Origin: Oligoflexales bacterium
GTDB lineage: Bacteria > Bdellovibrionota_B > Oligoflexia > Oligoflexales > CAIYRB01
Assembly: GCA_041736175.1 (NCBI GenBank)
Contig: JBGSUI010000114.1
Span: 1-15,104, forward strand
Length of the DNA: 15,104 bases
Direction of reading: 5' to 3'
Part shown: positions 1 through 8,058 of the stretch, one piece after another
Layout of the letters: each line of letters begins with the position of its first letter
Position numbering within the stretch: the stretch's first letter is position 1
The notes under the pieces: generated by a model
What the model was told of the DNA's origin: nothing
The model's database searches: none
What the model saw: only the letters and a program-made list of their open reading frames with translations
Position numbers and translations under genes: made by a program

Positions 1-1
1 G

Positions 2-229
2 CTAGAAGCCCGCGGCCTTACCCAACTCGAAGTGGAAGAGGTCATCTATTGCGACGACCAACCAACCAAGCAGACTGACCCCAGGCATGTGCCCCCCGAA
101 ACCTGGCGTTTTGTCGGAGTAGTGCTCACCAAAAGCGGCGAAGAACGACTCCTTGAAGTCTATGCTGTACCGCTCCGCCACGCCAAAATACTCCAGATCA
201 AAACGGCCTTTGACTCTGAGCTCGTTTAA
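2..229 (+). CDS. BrnT/RelE-like ribonuclease toxin of a type II TA pair (5' truncated by the window edge)
   Basis: Frame is open from base 2: LEARGLTQLEVEEVIYCDD...WRFVGVVLTKSGEERLLEVYAV...ILQIKTAF. This matches the BrnT pattern (HG+T..E+EE+, R..+G.T..GRLL.V, I.IISA). It lies directly upstream of an RHH antitoxin-like gene. Confidence 0.65.
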   Translation, partial: LEARGLTQLEVEEVIYCDDQPTKQTDPRHVPPETWRFVGVVLTKSGEERLLEVYAVPLRHAKILQIKTAFDSELV

Positions 230-254
230 CCACTAACAGGAGGTTTAACTAAAT

Positions 255-647
255 ATGACAAGGACAAAAAAAATGACCCCCGAAGAAGAGCAAGCCGTCC
301 TCGCCATGAGCGAACAACAAGATAGGGCTTTTGACGAAAGAATTGCCTTACAACGGGAACAGGGACAAGCTGATAAGTGGAAAAAAATCATTGATTCTGA
401 AGATCTTAAAGCCCTCGCTAGCCTAAAGGAGGCTATCAACCAAAAGCACGAAAAGCTCAACCGTCGTCGTGGCCGCCCGGAACGAACTGTTCCGCTAGAA
501 GGCATTTATATGAAGTGGCCGAAACCGCTTCTAGACGAACTTCGCAATCAAGCGAGAAGCCTCCATATCCCGTATCAGCACTTCATTCGAATGCTAGTAT
601 CAGAACGTATGGCTCAACGAAAAAAAGAAGAGCAGTCGAAGATCTAG
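255..647 (+). CDS. BrnA/CopG-like antitoxin with C-terminal ribbon-helix-helix domain
   Basis: RRGRP followed by IYMKWPKPLLDELRNQARSLHIPYQHFIRMLVSE, the typical BrnA C-terminus. Purine-rich AGGAGG at 238-243 upstream. Confidence 0.75.
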   Translation: MTRTKKMTPEEEQAVLAMSEQQDRAFDERIALQREQGQADKWKKIIDSEDLKALASLKEAINQKHEKLNRRRGRPERTVPLEGIYMKWPKPLLDELRNQARSLHIPYQHFIRMLVSERMAQRKKEEQSKI

Positions 648-823
648 GTCGGCAAAGTCGTGCCGGGGTACTCTCGATAAGCCTTAATGAAATGAGTTCT
701 CTAGAACTATCCTGAGTCTTAAGGACCCAAGATAGACCATGGACCCCTGGTGTGTTACAACTTATTTTGGGCGATTTTGAGACTAATGTTGATTCATCTG
801 CTTTTGCGCTAAGGAGGCCGCCC

Positions 824-2182
824 TTGACCCATCGTCGCACGGTTGTTGTTGGGAGTGGACTCGCCGGACTTTCCGCAGGGTATTTTTGTGCCAAAGCTGG
901 GCACCAGGTGACTATTTTCGAGGCCCAACCCACTCGGGGAATGGATGCCCACGGGATCTCCATCGACGGAGGCGCGGCGGGCCAAGGGATCCTAGATGTC
1001 CCCTTACGGGTGATGAGCGTTCCAGGTTGGAAGTCGGTCTTAGAACTCTGCCGTTTACTGGACGTCCCCACCTTTGAGGTCAAAGCCCGTGTCACCATGA
1101 GCTGGCTCGACCGCAAGCCCTGGTTTCCAAGCAGCCACTTTCAACTTGGCCCCCTTTCTATCCCCAAAGCCAGTACCTTTAAATACCTAAATCTCCCCTC
1201 TATACTGATCGGCAAACACCTCCTAAGGCTCTACCAAGAGCCGCTACTCAGGGAGCAGATGCCCAAATGGTCTTTTTATGGATTGCCTTTTCACCTTACA
1301 TCCATGTTCCTGAACTCAGACCTCCCTTCGGATCAAGACCAAACCATCCGCGAGTTTTTCGAAAGCCGCAACTATCACCCCCTCTTTTGGAAGGGATTTC
1401 TTCTACCGCTTCTCTCGACGATCACGACCTGTCGCCAGGAATTTCTCCTGGACTACCCCGCTCGAGCGCTCCTTGAGATCGTCTGCGGCATCATCTTTGG
1501 GCCCCGCCTTAGACGCATCCAGGGTGGAACAAAAACCTTGGTGGACCAACTTTCTAAAGGTCTGACCTTTAAAAGTGGATCTCCCGTAGTGCGCATGATT
1601 GAAGAGAGCCACGGGGTAAGTGTGACCAATGAAAAGGGCGAAACAGTGGTCTGTGATCAGGTGATCTTCGCCACCCAAGCAAATCAAATCCCCTGGATCA
1701 AAACCCAATATCCTAGTGAGTGGGACATCCTAAATTCCATGGTGTTTGATCAAGGAGAACTCCTCGTCCACCGTGACGAGCGGGTGATGCCCTCCCAGCG
1801 GAGTGACTGGACCACCCTTTCCTATCAGATGGATCGGGATTTAAACAGATCAATGTTTAGTGTTTGGACCAATCCCATCGAACCCTCCCTCTCTAAACAC
1901 AGTCCCGTCTTCCAGAGTTGGAATCCCCTGTGGGAGATCCCCTCTGACAAGGTCATAAGCCGCACGGCCTTTGAACGGGCCGTCGTCACCACTAAGACCG
2001 CCGGGGCCCTTAAAGACCTCCAGGCCATCATGTTTCAACCGGGGCGTAAGGTCTTTTTTTGCGGTTCCTGGTCCTATCCTGGCGTCCCTCTCCTCGAATC
2101 AGCAGTGCTCTCGGCTGCCAGGATCGCCCAACACTTGGGCATCGCCACCCTTGAGACCTTTGATCATGGCCGAGCTTCATGA
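824..2182 (+). CDS. NAD(P)/FAD-dependent oxidoreductase (COG2907 / amine-oxidase-like)
   Basis: Rossmann motif VVVGSGLAGLSAG, DVPLRV, C-terminal FCGSWSYPGVPLLESAV. Start moved from 752 to TTG at 824 because AAGGAGG lies at 811-817. Confidence 0.85.
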   Translation: MTHRRTVVVGSGLAGLSAGYFCAKAGHQVTIFEAQPTRGMDAHGISIDGGAAGQGILDVPLRVMSVPGWKSVLELCRLLDVPTFEVKARVTMSWLDRKPWFPSSHFQLGPLSIPKASTFKYLNLPSILIGKHLLRLYQEPLLREQMPKWSFYGLPFHLTSMFLNSDLPSDQDQTIREFFESRNYHPLFWKGFLLPLLSTITTCRQEFLLDYPARALLEIVCGIIFGPRLRRIQGGTKTLVDQLSKGLTFKSGSPVVRMIEESHGVSVTNEKGETVVCDQVIFATQANQIPWIKTQYPSEWDILNSMVFDQGELLVHRDERVMPSQRSDWTTLSYQMDRDLNRSMFSVWTNPIEPSLSKHSPVFQSWNPLWEIPSDKVISRTAFERAVVTTKTAGALKDLQAIMFQPGRKVFFCGSWSYPGVPLLESAVLSAARIAQHLGIATLETFDHGRAS

Positions 2183-3042
2183 CGCTCCCATTGCAAAACC
2201 AGCGACCAAAAATCACCGTGGCCACCGACCTGCTCTCTGATCAGCCCCAACTTTGGGCCAATCTTGGCCTATGGTCCTCCGGCAACACCCTCACCTATGT
2301 AGAAGCTTGCCAACACTTTGCACGACTTCACGGCGATAGCGGAGGGTTTGAGGCTCCCCATAAACTTTTGGATGTTGCTGCGGGTCGAGGGGCTTCCCTG
2401 GCTTTTTGGCATTCCGACTACGGCCTAACCAACATCGATGCCCTCGAACCAGATGGTGCCTCCTGTGAATTGATCCACAAACTTTCCCAGGAATCCGCCA
2501 GTCCTTGGCTTGGCCAGGTCTATAACCATACTCTCGAATCCTATCTGGACGGCAAGCAAGACCCCCCTTTTCCGTGGGGCCAATATGACCGGGTTGTCTG
2601 CATCGACAGTGCCTATCACCTGCGATCGACCGAGGACTTTCTTAGGTTTGGGCGCCGGGCCCTGAAACCGGAAGGGCTTTTGGTCTGGTCAAACTTTTTC
2701 CACGCCCAACCCCTATCCATCCTCCCTGCTAAACTTTTAACATGGGCTGGCATTCATCAAGACTCTATGGTAAACACCCCCCGCTTTCCCAAGCAAGCTG
2801 CAGACCACGGTTTTAGCATCGATACGATCCTGAATCTCAATGATCATGTGATGCTAGGTTTTTCCTGGTTTGTAAAGTCCCGGCGTAAGGTCCTACCCTG
2901 GCGTTCAAGGCTTTTTAAGTCCTGGTGGACCATTGAAGCCACCGCTCTCGCCCTGGAAGGCTTAGCGGGGACCAAAGATATTGGCTATGGACTCTATGTC
3001 CTTAAATCGAACCACAGCAAGCCCTCAGAAAGCCGGTCATGA
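2179..3042 (+). CDS. Class I SAM-dependent methyltransferase (sterol/tocopherol/CFA-type)
   Basis: WANLGLW N-terminal motif, motif I LLDVAAGRG, YDRVVCIDSAYH, ALKPEG. ATGA overlap with the upstream gene. Confidence 0.85.
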   Translation: MTLPLQNQRPKITVATDLLSDQPQLWANLGLWSSGNTLTYVEACQHFARLHGDSGGFEAPHKLLDVAAGRGASLAFWHSDYGLTNIDALEPDGASCELIHKLSQESASPWLGQVYNHTLESYLDGKQDPPFPWGQYDRVVCIDSAYHLRSTEDFLRFGRRALKPEGLLVWSNFFHAQPLSILPAKLLTWAGIHQDSMVNTPRFPKQAADHGFSIDTILNLNDHVMLGFSWFVKSRRKVLPWRSRLFKSWWTIEATALALEGLAGTKDIGYGLYVLKSNHSKPSESRS

Positions 3043-4364
3043 CCTCTGACGACAGCGATACCTACGATCTCCTGGTGATTGGCGGCGGTGCCGCAGGATA
3101 CTTTACGGCTATCCAGTGTGCCAGCGCCCACGTCGACAACGTCGCCAACGTCGACACTCCAGCGAAACGAGCCAAAATCGGCATCCTTGAAGCAACCGGA
3201 AAGACCCTGACAAAAGTTAAGATCTCTGGCGGTGGCCGCTGCAATGTCACCCACAACCAGTTTGTGCCCAAGGTCGTCGCGGGCCACTATCCACGGGGTC
3301 ACAAGGAGCTTTTGGGTCCCCTTACAAAGTTTGGTCCACGGGAAACCATCGCCTGGTTCGAACATCACGGTGTAAACCTCGTGGCGGAACCCGACGGACG
3401 GATGTTTCCTGATACTAATCGCTCGGAGACGATCGTCACCTGCCTGGAAACGCAGATCGCCAAGCACCATATCGACCGCATCACTTTGACCATGGTCCAA
3501 CAGATCACCCCGCTCGAGAGTGGCTTTTGTCTTAAGACCCGCCAGGGCAAAGAGTATCGTTGCCGTTATCTGTGCCTCGCCACTGGTGGATCCCCTGCTG
3601 GACACAAGCTCGCGGAGGATCTAGGGTTGACCCTTGTCCCTCCGGTACCGTCGCTGTTTACCTTTCAAGTGGACGACCCACTGCTGCACCAAAGGGCTGG
3701 AATCGCCCTCGGGCCACCGTTCACCCCTTCGCTCACCCTATCGGTAAAAAGCGATGAGTTGACAAACAAACCCCTGCGGCAATTCCATCAAGTAGGCACG
3801 GTGCTGATCACCCATTGGGGCCTCAGTGGTCCTGGGGTGCTCAAGCTCTCGGCTTTTGCGGCCCGCGAGCTTTTTGCGGCTGACTATCAGGCTCTCCTGA
3901 CGATCAATTGGCTTCATCCCCAATCGTTCCAGGAAATTTACCAGAAAATCACCCAGCTGAAACCTTCCCTCGGCAAAAAACAAATCACTAACGTCAACCC
4001 GTTTCCCTTTGCACGTAGTTTTTGGGACCTCATCCTAGCCAAACAACAGATTCCAACCCACAAAAACCTAGCCGACCTAAGCCATGATGAGATCACACGG
4101 ATAGTCCAGGGTCTGACCCAGGACCGGTTTTTGGTGAGTGGAAAAGGCGTCTTTAAGGAGGAGTTTGTCACCGCCGGAGGAGTGAGCTGTGATGAAATCA
4201 ACTTTAAGACCATGGCGACTAAAAAACTCCCTCGGCTTTATTGTGTCGGAGAGGTCGTCAATATCGATGGGGTCACAGGTGGCTTTAACTTTCAAAATGC
4301 TTGGACCAGCGGCTACCTTGCGGGCAGTGACCTGGGGAGGATGTTGGGGAAAAGTGAAGATTAA
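3039..4364 (+). CDS. HI0933/YhiN/BaiN-family flavoprotein
   Basis: VIGGGAAG, KVKISGGGRCNVT, LITHWGLSGP, FVTAGGV, GEVVNIDGVTGGFNFQNAWTSG. ATGA overlap with the methyltransferase. Confidence 0.95.
   Translation: MTSDDSDTYDLLVIGGGAAGYFTAIQCASAHVDNVANVDTPAKRAKIGILEATGKTLTKVKISGGGRCNVTHNQFVPKVVAGHYPRGHKELLGPLTKFGPRETIAWFEHHGVNLVAEPDGRMFPDTNRSETIVTCLETQIAKHHIDRITLTMVQQITPLESGFCLKTRQGKEYRCRYLCLATGGSPAGHKLAEDLGLTLVPPVPSLFTFQVDDPLLHQRAGIALGPPFTPSLTLSVKSDELTNKPLRQFHQVGTVLITHWGLSGPGVLKLSAFAARELFAADYQALLTINWLHPQSFQEIYQKITQLKPSLGKKQITNVNPFPFARSFWDLILAKQQIPTHKNLADLSHDEITRIVQGLTQDRFLVSGKGVFKEEFVTAGGVSCDEINFKTMATKKLPRLYCVGEVVNIDGVTGGFNFQNAWTSGYLAGSDLGRMLGKSED
3130..3156 (+). repeat. 3 x 9-bp in-frame tandem repeat
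   Basis: ACGTCGACA-ACGTCGCCA-ACGTCGACA, encoding HVDNVANVDT. Confidence 0.85.
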
Positions 4365-4368
4365 AGCC

Positions 4369-5988
4369 TTACATGCAGTTTAACTCCTTAAGCTTACCTT
4401 CTATCGCTTTTAGGCGCACATTTAACATGTTGACTGTCTCCCTAAAACTCGCAAGATCAGCGATAAAGAAATTAAGGAGAACCCCTTTCAGATAGGACTC
4501 CCACGGGGGCTGTTGTTGATGAGGTGGGAGCTTAAGTCGGGGTCCGCTCTGAGAGAGTTCACTAAGGCGTTGCCATTGTGAAACAAACATCCTGCATTGT
4601 TCCACTTTTGTGAGATCGGCTAATTGAAAGGCCATGGCGTAACGAGGGTTGATTTTAGGGTTCTGAAAGTCGTCCCATTCCGATATGGTCTTCAGCTCGT
4701 TGCTATTTTTACGTTTCCCCACAGAACTCATTAAGAACCCGGATCCGGAATCTAAGCGATAAATCTTTTCGCGACCTGATTCATCGAGAGATACAACCGT
4801 ATCACCGCTTTCCCTCATGATGTTGTTGTTGCCGATCAAGACATCTGCCACAAAACCCTTTAAAAACTCTCGAGATCTCTGCTTTCTTTGAGCAAGAGAT
4901 CCACGATCAAAAATATCATCTACTTTTCCTAAAGAGGAACTTGCGAAGGCGAACCGCTGAGACTTTGCATGCCAAAACACGCTAGAATCTGGAGCGTTTA
5001 GCCCAATATCGCGGTATATAGTATTGGCTAAGTGCTCGCTGTATGTCTGAACTCTGTCATCATAAACTTTAACATAGCGGACCACGCCATCTGTTCCAGA
5101 AAAAAAATCTGCGGTGTTGGGCGTTAATATTTCTGAATTTCGTGGCCCAAGAATCATGTCGGCCTCAGGAATCGTAGATGAATTCCCAGCTTTACTCTTG
5201 GCGGCCGATGCCTCATGGCGAAGGTCCTGCAAAACTTTAGACTTCTGTGGGCCTGCTGTCGTAGTAATTGTTGTGTAGGGTACACAAGTATCCGAAGGTA
5301 TTGCATTCAGGATCTGCTGGGGAGAGGGTGGACTCGTCATTGAAAGCTGAGAGAAATCCAAGGACCCAGCAAATGACCGTCGACCTAGTCCAGAGGGATC
5401 GAGACAGGCAACTGCGGCCGATTGAGGTGGAACAATCCGAAATTCATTTTTGTTAAGCCCAAAGGCAAGCCATTGATCTACGGGTACCACAACTATATCT
5501 TCAGGTTTAATTGATTGGTTAGTCTTGTAGGCCCTTAATGCAAAATCAGGATCAATCTTAACCCCACTTTTATAGGGATCTATTCTGAAGGCGAGGAGTT
5601 CAGCATCCCATGTTTTGCGAGCATAATAAAGGTTGAAAATAGCTTTTAATGCGTCTAAATTTGTGACAAAATGTATATAACCTGAGCATTTCTCCTTGAA
5701 TCGATTTTTTTCACTTTTGGAAGCGATGTTACACATTCCAAGATCGAGTCCGCCATATTCAGTCTTAAGACCTGTAGTTAAAATAGACGGTATGTTTGGA
5801 GCCCTTGTTACGTGAAATGCTACCCTGCCCTGTGCCTTGAGACTGAGAGCTTCTTGCAAAGTAAGCCCTTGGGCTGAGGCTCTGATACATGGTGCGTTTA
5901 TGCCCGTGGCCAGAGATTGTGACTTATTTTCTGGAAAACAACTCCATAAAACAGACACGATGCAGACTAAGAAAATACCTTTGTTCAT
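4369..5988 (-). CDS. Predicted lipoprotein: N-terminal Tpt1/KptA-like ART-fold domain fused to a C-terminal LepB/HipA/PI-kinase-like (probably pseudo) kinase domain
   Basis: Signal MNKGIFLVCIVSVLWS-C. ART motifs AFHVT..NIPSILTTGL, YIHF, LLAFRID, DPD..AYKT..IKPEDI. Kinase-like motifs RYVK, SEHLANTIYRDIGLNAP, GFVADVLIGN, YRLDSGSG. Start taken at ATG 5988 rather than 6030. Confidence 0.7.
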   Translation of the reverse strand: MNKGIFLVCIVSVLWSCFPENKSQSLATGINAPCIRASAQGLTLQEALSLKAQGRVAFHVTRAPNIPSILTTGLKTEYGGLDLGMCNIASKSEKNRFKEKCSGYIHFVTNLDALKAIFNLYYARKTWDAELLAFRIDPYKSGVKIDPDFALRAYKTNQSIKPEDIVVVPVDQWLAFGLNKNEFRIVPPQSAAVACLDPSGLGRRSFAGSLDFSQLSMTSPPSPQQILNAIPSDTCVPYTTITTTAGPQKSKVLQDLRHEASAAKSKAGNSSTIPEADMILGPRNSEILTPNTADFFSGTDGVVRYVKVYDDRVQTYSEHLANTIYRDIGLNAPDSSVFWHAKSQRFAFASSSLGKVDDIFDRGSLAQRKQRSREFLKGFVADVLIGNNNIMRESGDTVVSLDESGREKIYRLDSGSGFLMSSVGKRKNSNELKTISEWDDFQNPKINPRYAMAFQLADLTKVEQCRMFVSQWQRLSELSQSGPRLKLPPHQQQPPWESYLKGVLLNFFIADLASFRETVNMLNVRLKAIEGKLKELNCM

Positions 5989-6114
5989 GAAAGACGATAT
6001 CCTTAACAATTTAAAAGTGTTTACCTGCAATAGAAGCTGAATCCGTATTAGATATCCTGGCGGGTTAAGCCAAAAATGAATCTAGTTCCAGAGTTTCGCT
6101 CCAGGGTGCTTTAC

Positions 6115-6130
6115 AGCAAGTTTTATGCCA
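6115..6130 (-). promoter_or_regulatory. sigma54 -24/-12 promoter for the ART/kinase-like gene
   Basis: Minus strand reads TGGCATAAAACTTGCT: GG-N10-GC, near the consensus TGGCAC-N5-TTGCW, intergenic and correctly oriented. Confidence 0.8.
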
Positions 6131-6182
6131 GTCGTACTGAGTATGATTTTAGGCTACCCATTGATCTTATCTAAGGTCTTTG

Positions 6183-7781
6183 CTATTCGGCGAAGAAAGA
6201 ATCTTCAAACTGAGAAAAGTCAAACTGTGATCCAAAGGATCCTTGTGGAACGCCGAACATCTCCTGAAAGCCTGGACCACTTTTTATCATAGGACCACCA
6301 AACCCTGAAAAAGGGTTTTGATTAAATAGAGGTGGCGATCCTCCTGTACTCACAGAAGATCCACCAGAAGGTCCAGAGGTGGAAGCTGATGCAAATCCTC
6401 CAGGTGTGGCACTCGCACTTACACCGGGAGCCACGCCCGATAGTGGCGACGGCCAAACAAAAGGCTGGATTGGTTGCATGGGAGGAAACGGCGCCATTGG
6501 CGGCTGGGTTCGAAAAGCTTGGGCAAAGTCTGGAGAGTACTTGGGGGTCGACGACTGTGGGCCAAAAACCCCTGACGATGCTCCGGTAGAACCAAAAATT
6601 CCGTCCTTAGGGAAAGGATTTGTCGCTCCAGAGCCAAACCCTGTACCAGAACTACCGCCACCACTTGAGCTACAGGAGGCAAAACTTCCACCATGATTAA
6701 CTTGCTGGCTACTTCCATTGCTGCAGCTAACCGATGCCTGCAAGGCTAGACTGGTTTGCGACGCAATCATACCACCGCCTCCAGTCATCGCGACCCACTC
6801 CCCGTCTCGCTTTTTATTGTTGAGAGCGATCCAGCTTTGGTCTTCGGCTGTGAGCTTAACGTCTTCTGATGGCTCAAAACCAGGAATCACCACAAGGCCG
6901 GTTCCAGGACGCCCATGCCAAGCTGCGTAATTGAGAAGTTTACGAGAGGCTTCACTGCTTAGGTCAACAAAAGAATTGTAGGCATACTGAGCATTTTCCA
7001 CCGCGTGGGCAGGATAACCAAGAGGATCTTTAGTGAGATCGGTGGTTCGTTCGGAGCCTTTGTTGGCCCCCACAGAGATCTCTGAAGTTAAAAGGAGACC
7101 AGCACCTATCCCAAGCAGGTACCCATCTGTATCAAGAAGTGGCGCTCCAGCATCCCCTGTCGCACCAATGGCATTATCGATAGGAGCGTGATCTCCTATC
7201 ACTGCCCTCACTTTATAGTAGCCATTTTCAAGACTGTGGATCACATTATGCCCCATCCGCTTGACACCGAGGGAGTTACGGGCACCTGCTGAGCTGCCTA
7301 ACTCGTTTGCACCAAAGCCGACCAAAGTCACTTTGGCTTTTTCCCCGGCCCGTGCGCCGCTGACTGTAGAAGGTGCGATCTTAACAAATGGGCCACTAAA
7401 AGTTCCCTTGGGGAAAGCAACCACAGCGAGGTCACGGGCGATCGTCTCTGGATTGAGCAGCTCTAAGGCCGCCACTGAAGTCCAAAAATAAATCTTTTTG
7501 GAAACGACCGGATCTCCACTTCTATCGGTTCGCTCCGCATAAATCTGATTTTGAAGAGTCGAGTTTTTGATGCAATGACCAGCAAGTAAAGCGGTGGAGT
7601 CTGAAACAACCACGCCTGTACAAAAGCGTCCTGATTCTTTTTCTACGAGAAATCGAATGACTCCTGGAAAATCATTGGTTTCAGTTCCACCAGCGATTTT
7701 TACAGTCGTATCATCGCTTGCGACCTTTTGGCAACTGATTGCCAACAGCAGAGACATGAATGCATTTTTAATATATATCAT
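6183..7781 (-). CDS. Lipoprotein trypsin-like (S1) protease homolog with catalytic Ser replaced by Ala and a long low-complexity G/S/P/F tail
   Basis: LLLAIS-C lipobox, K-IAGG activation motif, CTGVVV, LLAGHC, DLAVV, but GDAGAP where GDSGGP is expected. Confidence 0.85.
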   Translation of the reverse strand: MIYIKNAFMSLLLAISCQKVASDDTTVKIAGGTETNDFPGVIRFLVEKESGRFCTGVVVSDSTALLAGHCIKNSTLQNQIYAERTDRSGDPVVSKKIYFWTSVAALELLNPETIARDLAVVAFPKGTFSGPFVKIAPSTVSGARAGEKAKVTLVGFGANELGSSAGARNSLGVKRMGHNVIHSLENGYYKVRAVIGDHAPIDNAIGATGDAGAPLLDTDGYLLGIGAGLLLTSEISVGANKGSERTTDLTKDPLGYPAHAVENAQYAYNSFVDLSSEASRKLLNYAAWHGRPGTGLVVIPGFEPSEDVKLTAEDQSWIALNNKKRDGEWVAMTGGGGMIASQTSLALQASVSCSNGSSQQVNHGGSFASCSSSGGGSSGTGFGSGATNPFPKDGIFGSTGASSGVFGPQSSTPKYSPDFAQAFRTQPPMAPFPPMQPIQPFVWPSPLSGVAPGVSASATPGGFASASTSGPSGGSSVSTGGSPPLFNQNPFSGFGGPMIKSGPGFQEMFGVPQGSFGSQFDFSQFEDSFFAE

Positions 7782-7988
7782 TCATTTTCCTCTAAAAAAA
7801 TTAGAATTGAATTTTTATTTTACCAAGCTCCTTATCGGATTTTGTTTGTAAAAACTTTACATTCTTATATTTTGGCTTAAAATTCAATCTGTTCTATGCT
7901 TCAATAGCTACCACCCAAATCTCAAGAATGGCACCCCGCTCGAAACCATTTTTAAGTGACCTTAATCGACTCGATCTATAAAAAATCT

Positions 7989-8005
7989 TGATTTCTATGA
8001 AATCA
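7989..8005. promoter_or_regulatory. Perfect 7-bp inverted repeat, candidate transcription-factor site in a divergent promoter region
   Basis: TGATTTC-TAT-GAAATCA between the divergent starts at 7781 and 8059. Confidence 0.4.
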
Positions 8006-8058
8006 GTCATAAAATAAACTGTATTAAATTTTGACAAAACTTAAACAGTGAGAAGACG

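Noticed and set aside
583..1116. 177-aa minus-strand ORF and other antisense or alternative-frame ORFs (2994-3605, 6379-6696, 9812-10177, 10111-10422, 13103-13480, 14566-14907)
   Set aside because: They overlap well-supported genes and have no motifs or RBS. They are shadow ORFs, favoured by low-complexity coding sequence.
4369..5988. ART protein as DarT of a DarTG or other cytoplasmic TA/defence system
   Set aside because: It carries a lipoprotein signal and no macrodomain, NADAR or ARH antitoxin gene is adjacent.
8031..8058. Perfect TTGACA -35 box upstream of the oxidase
   Set aside because: No -10 element at 16-18 nt spacing, and it is too close to the start codon.
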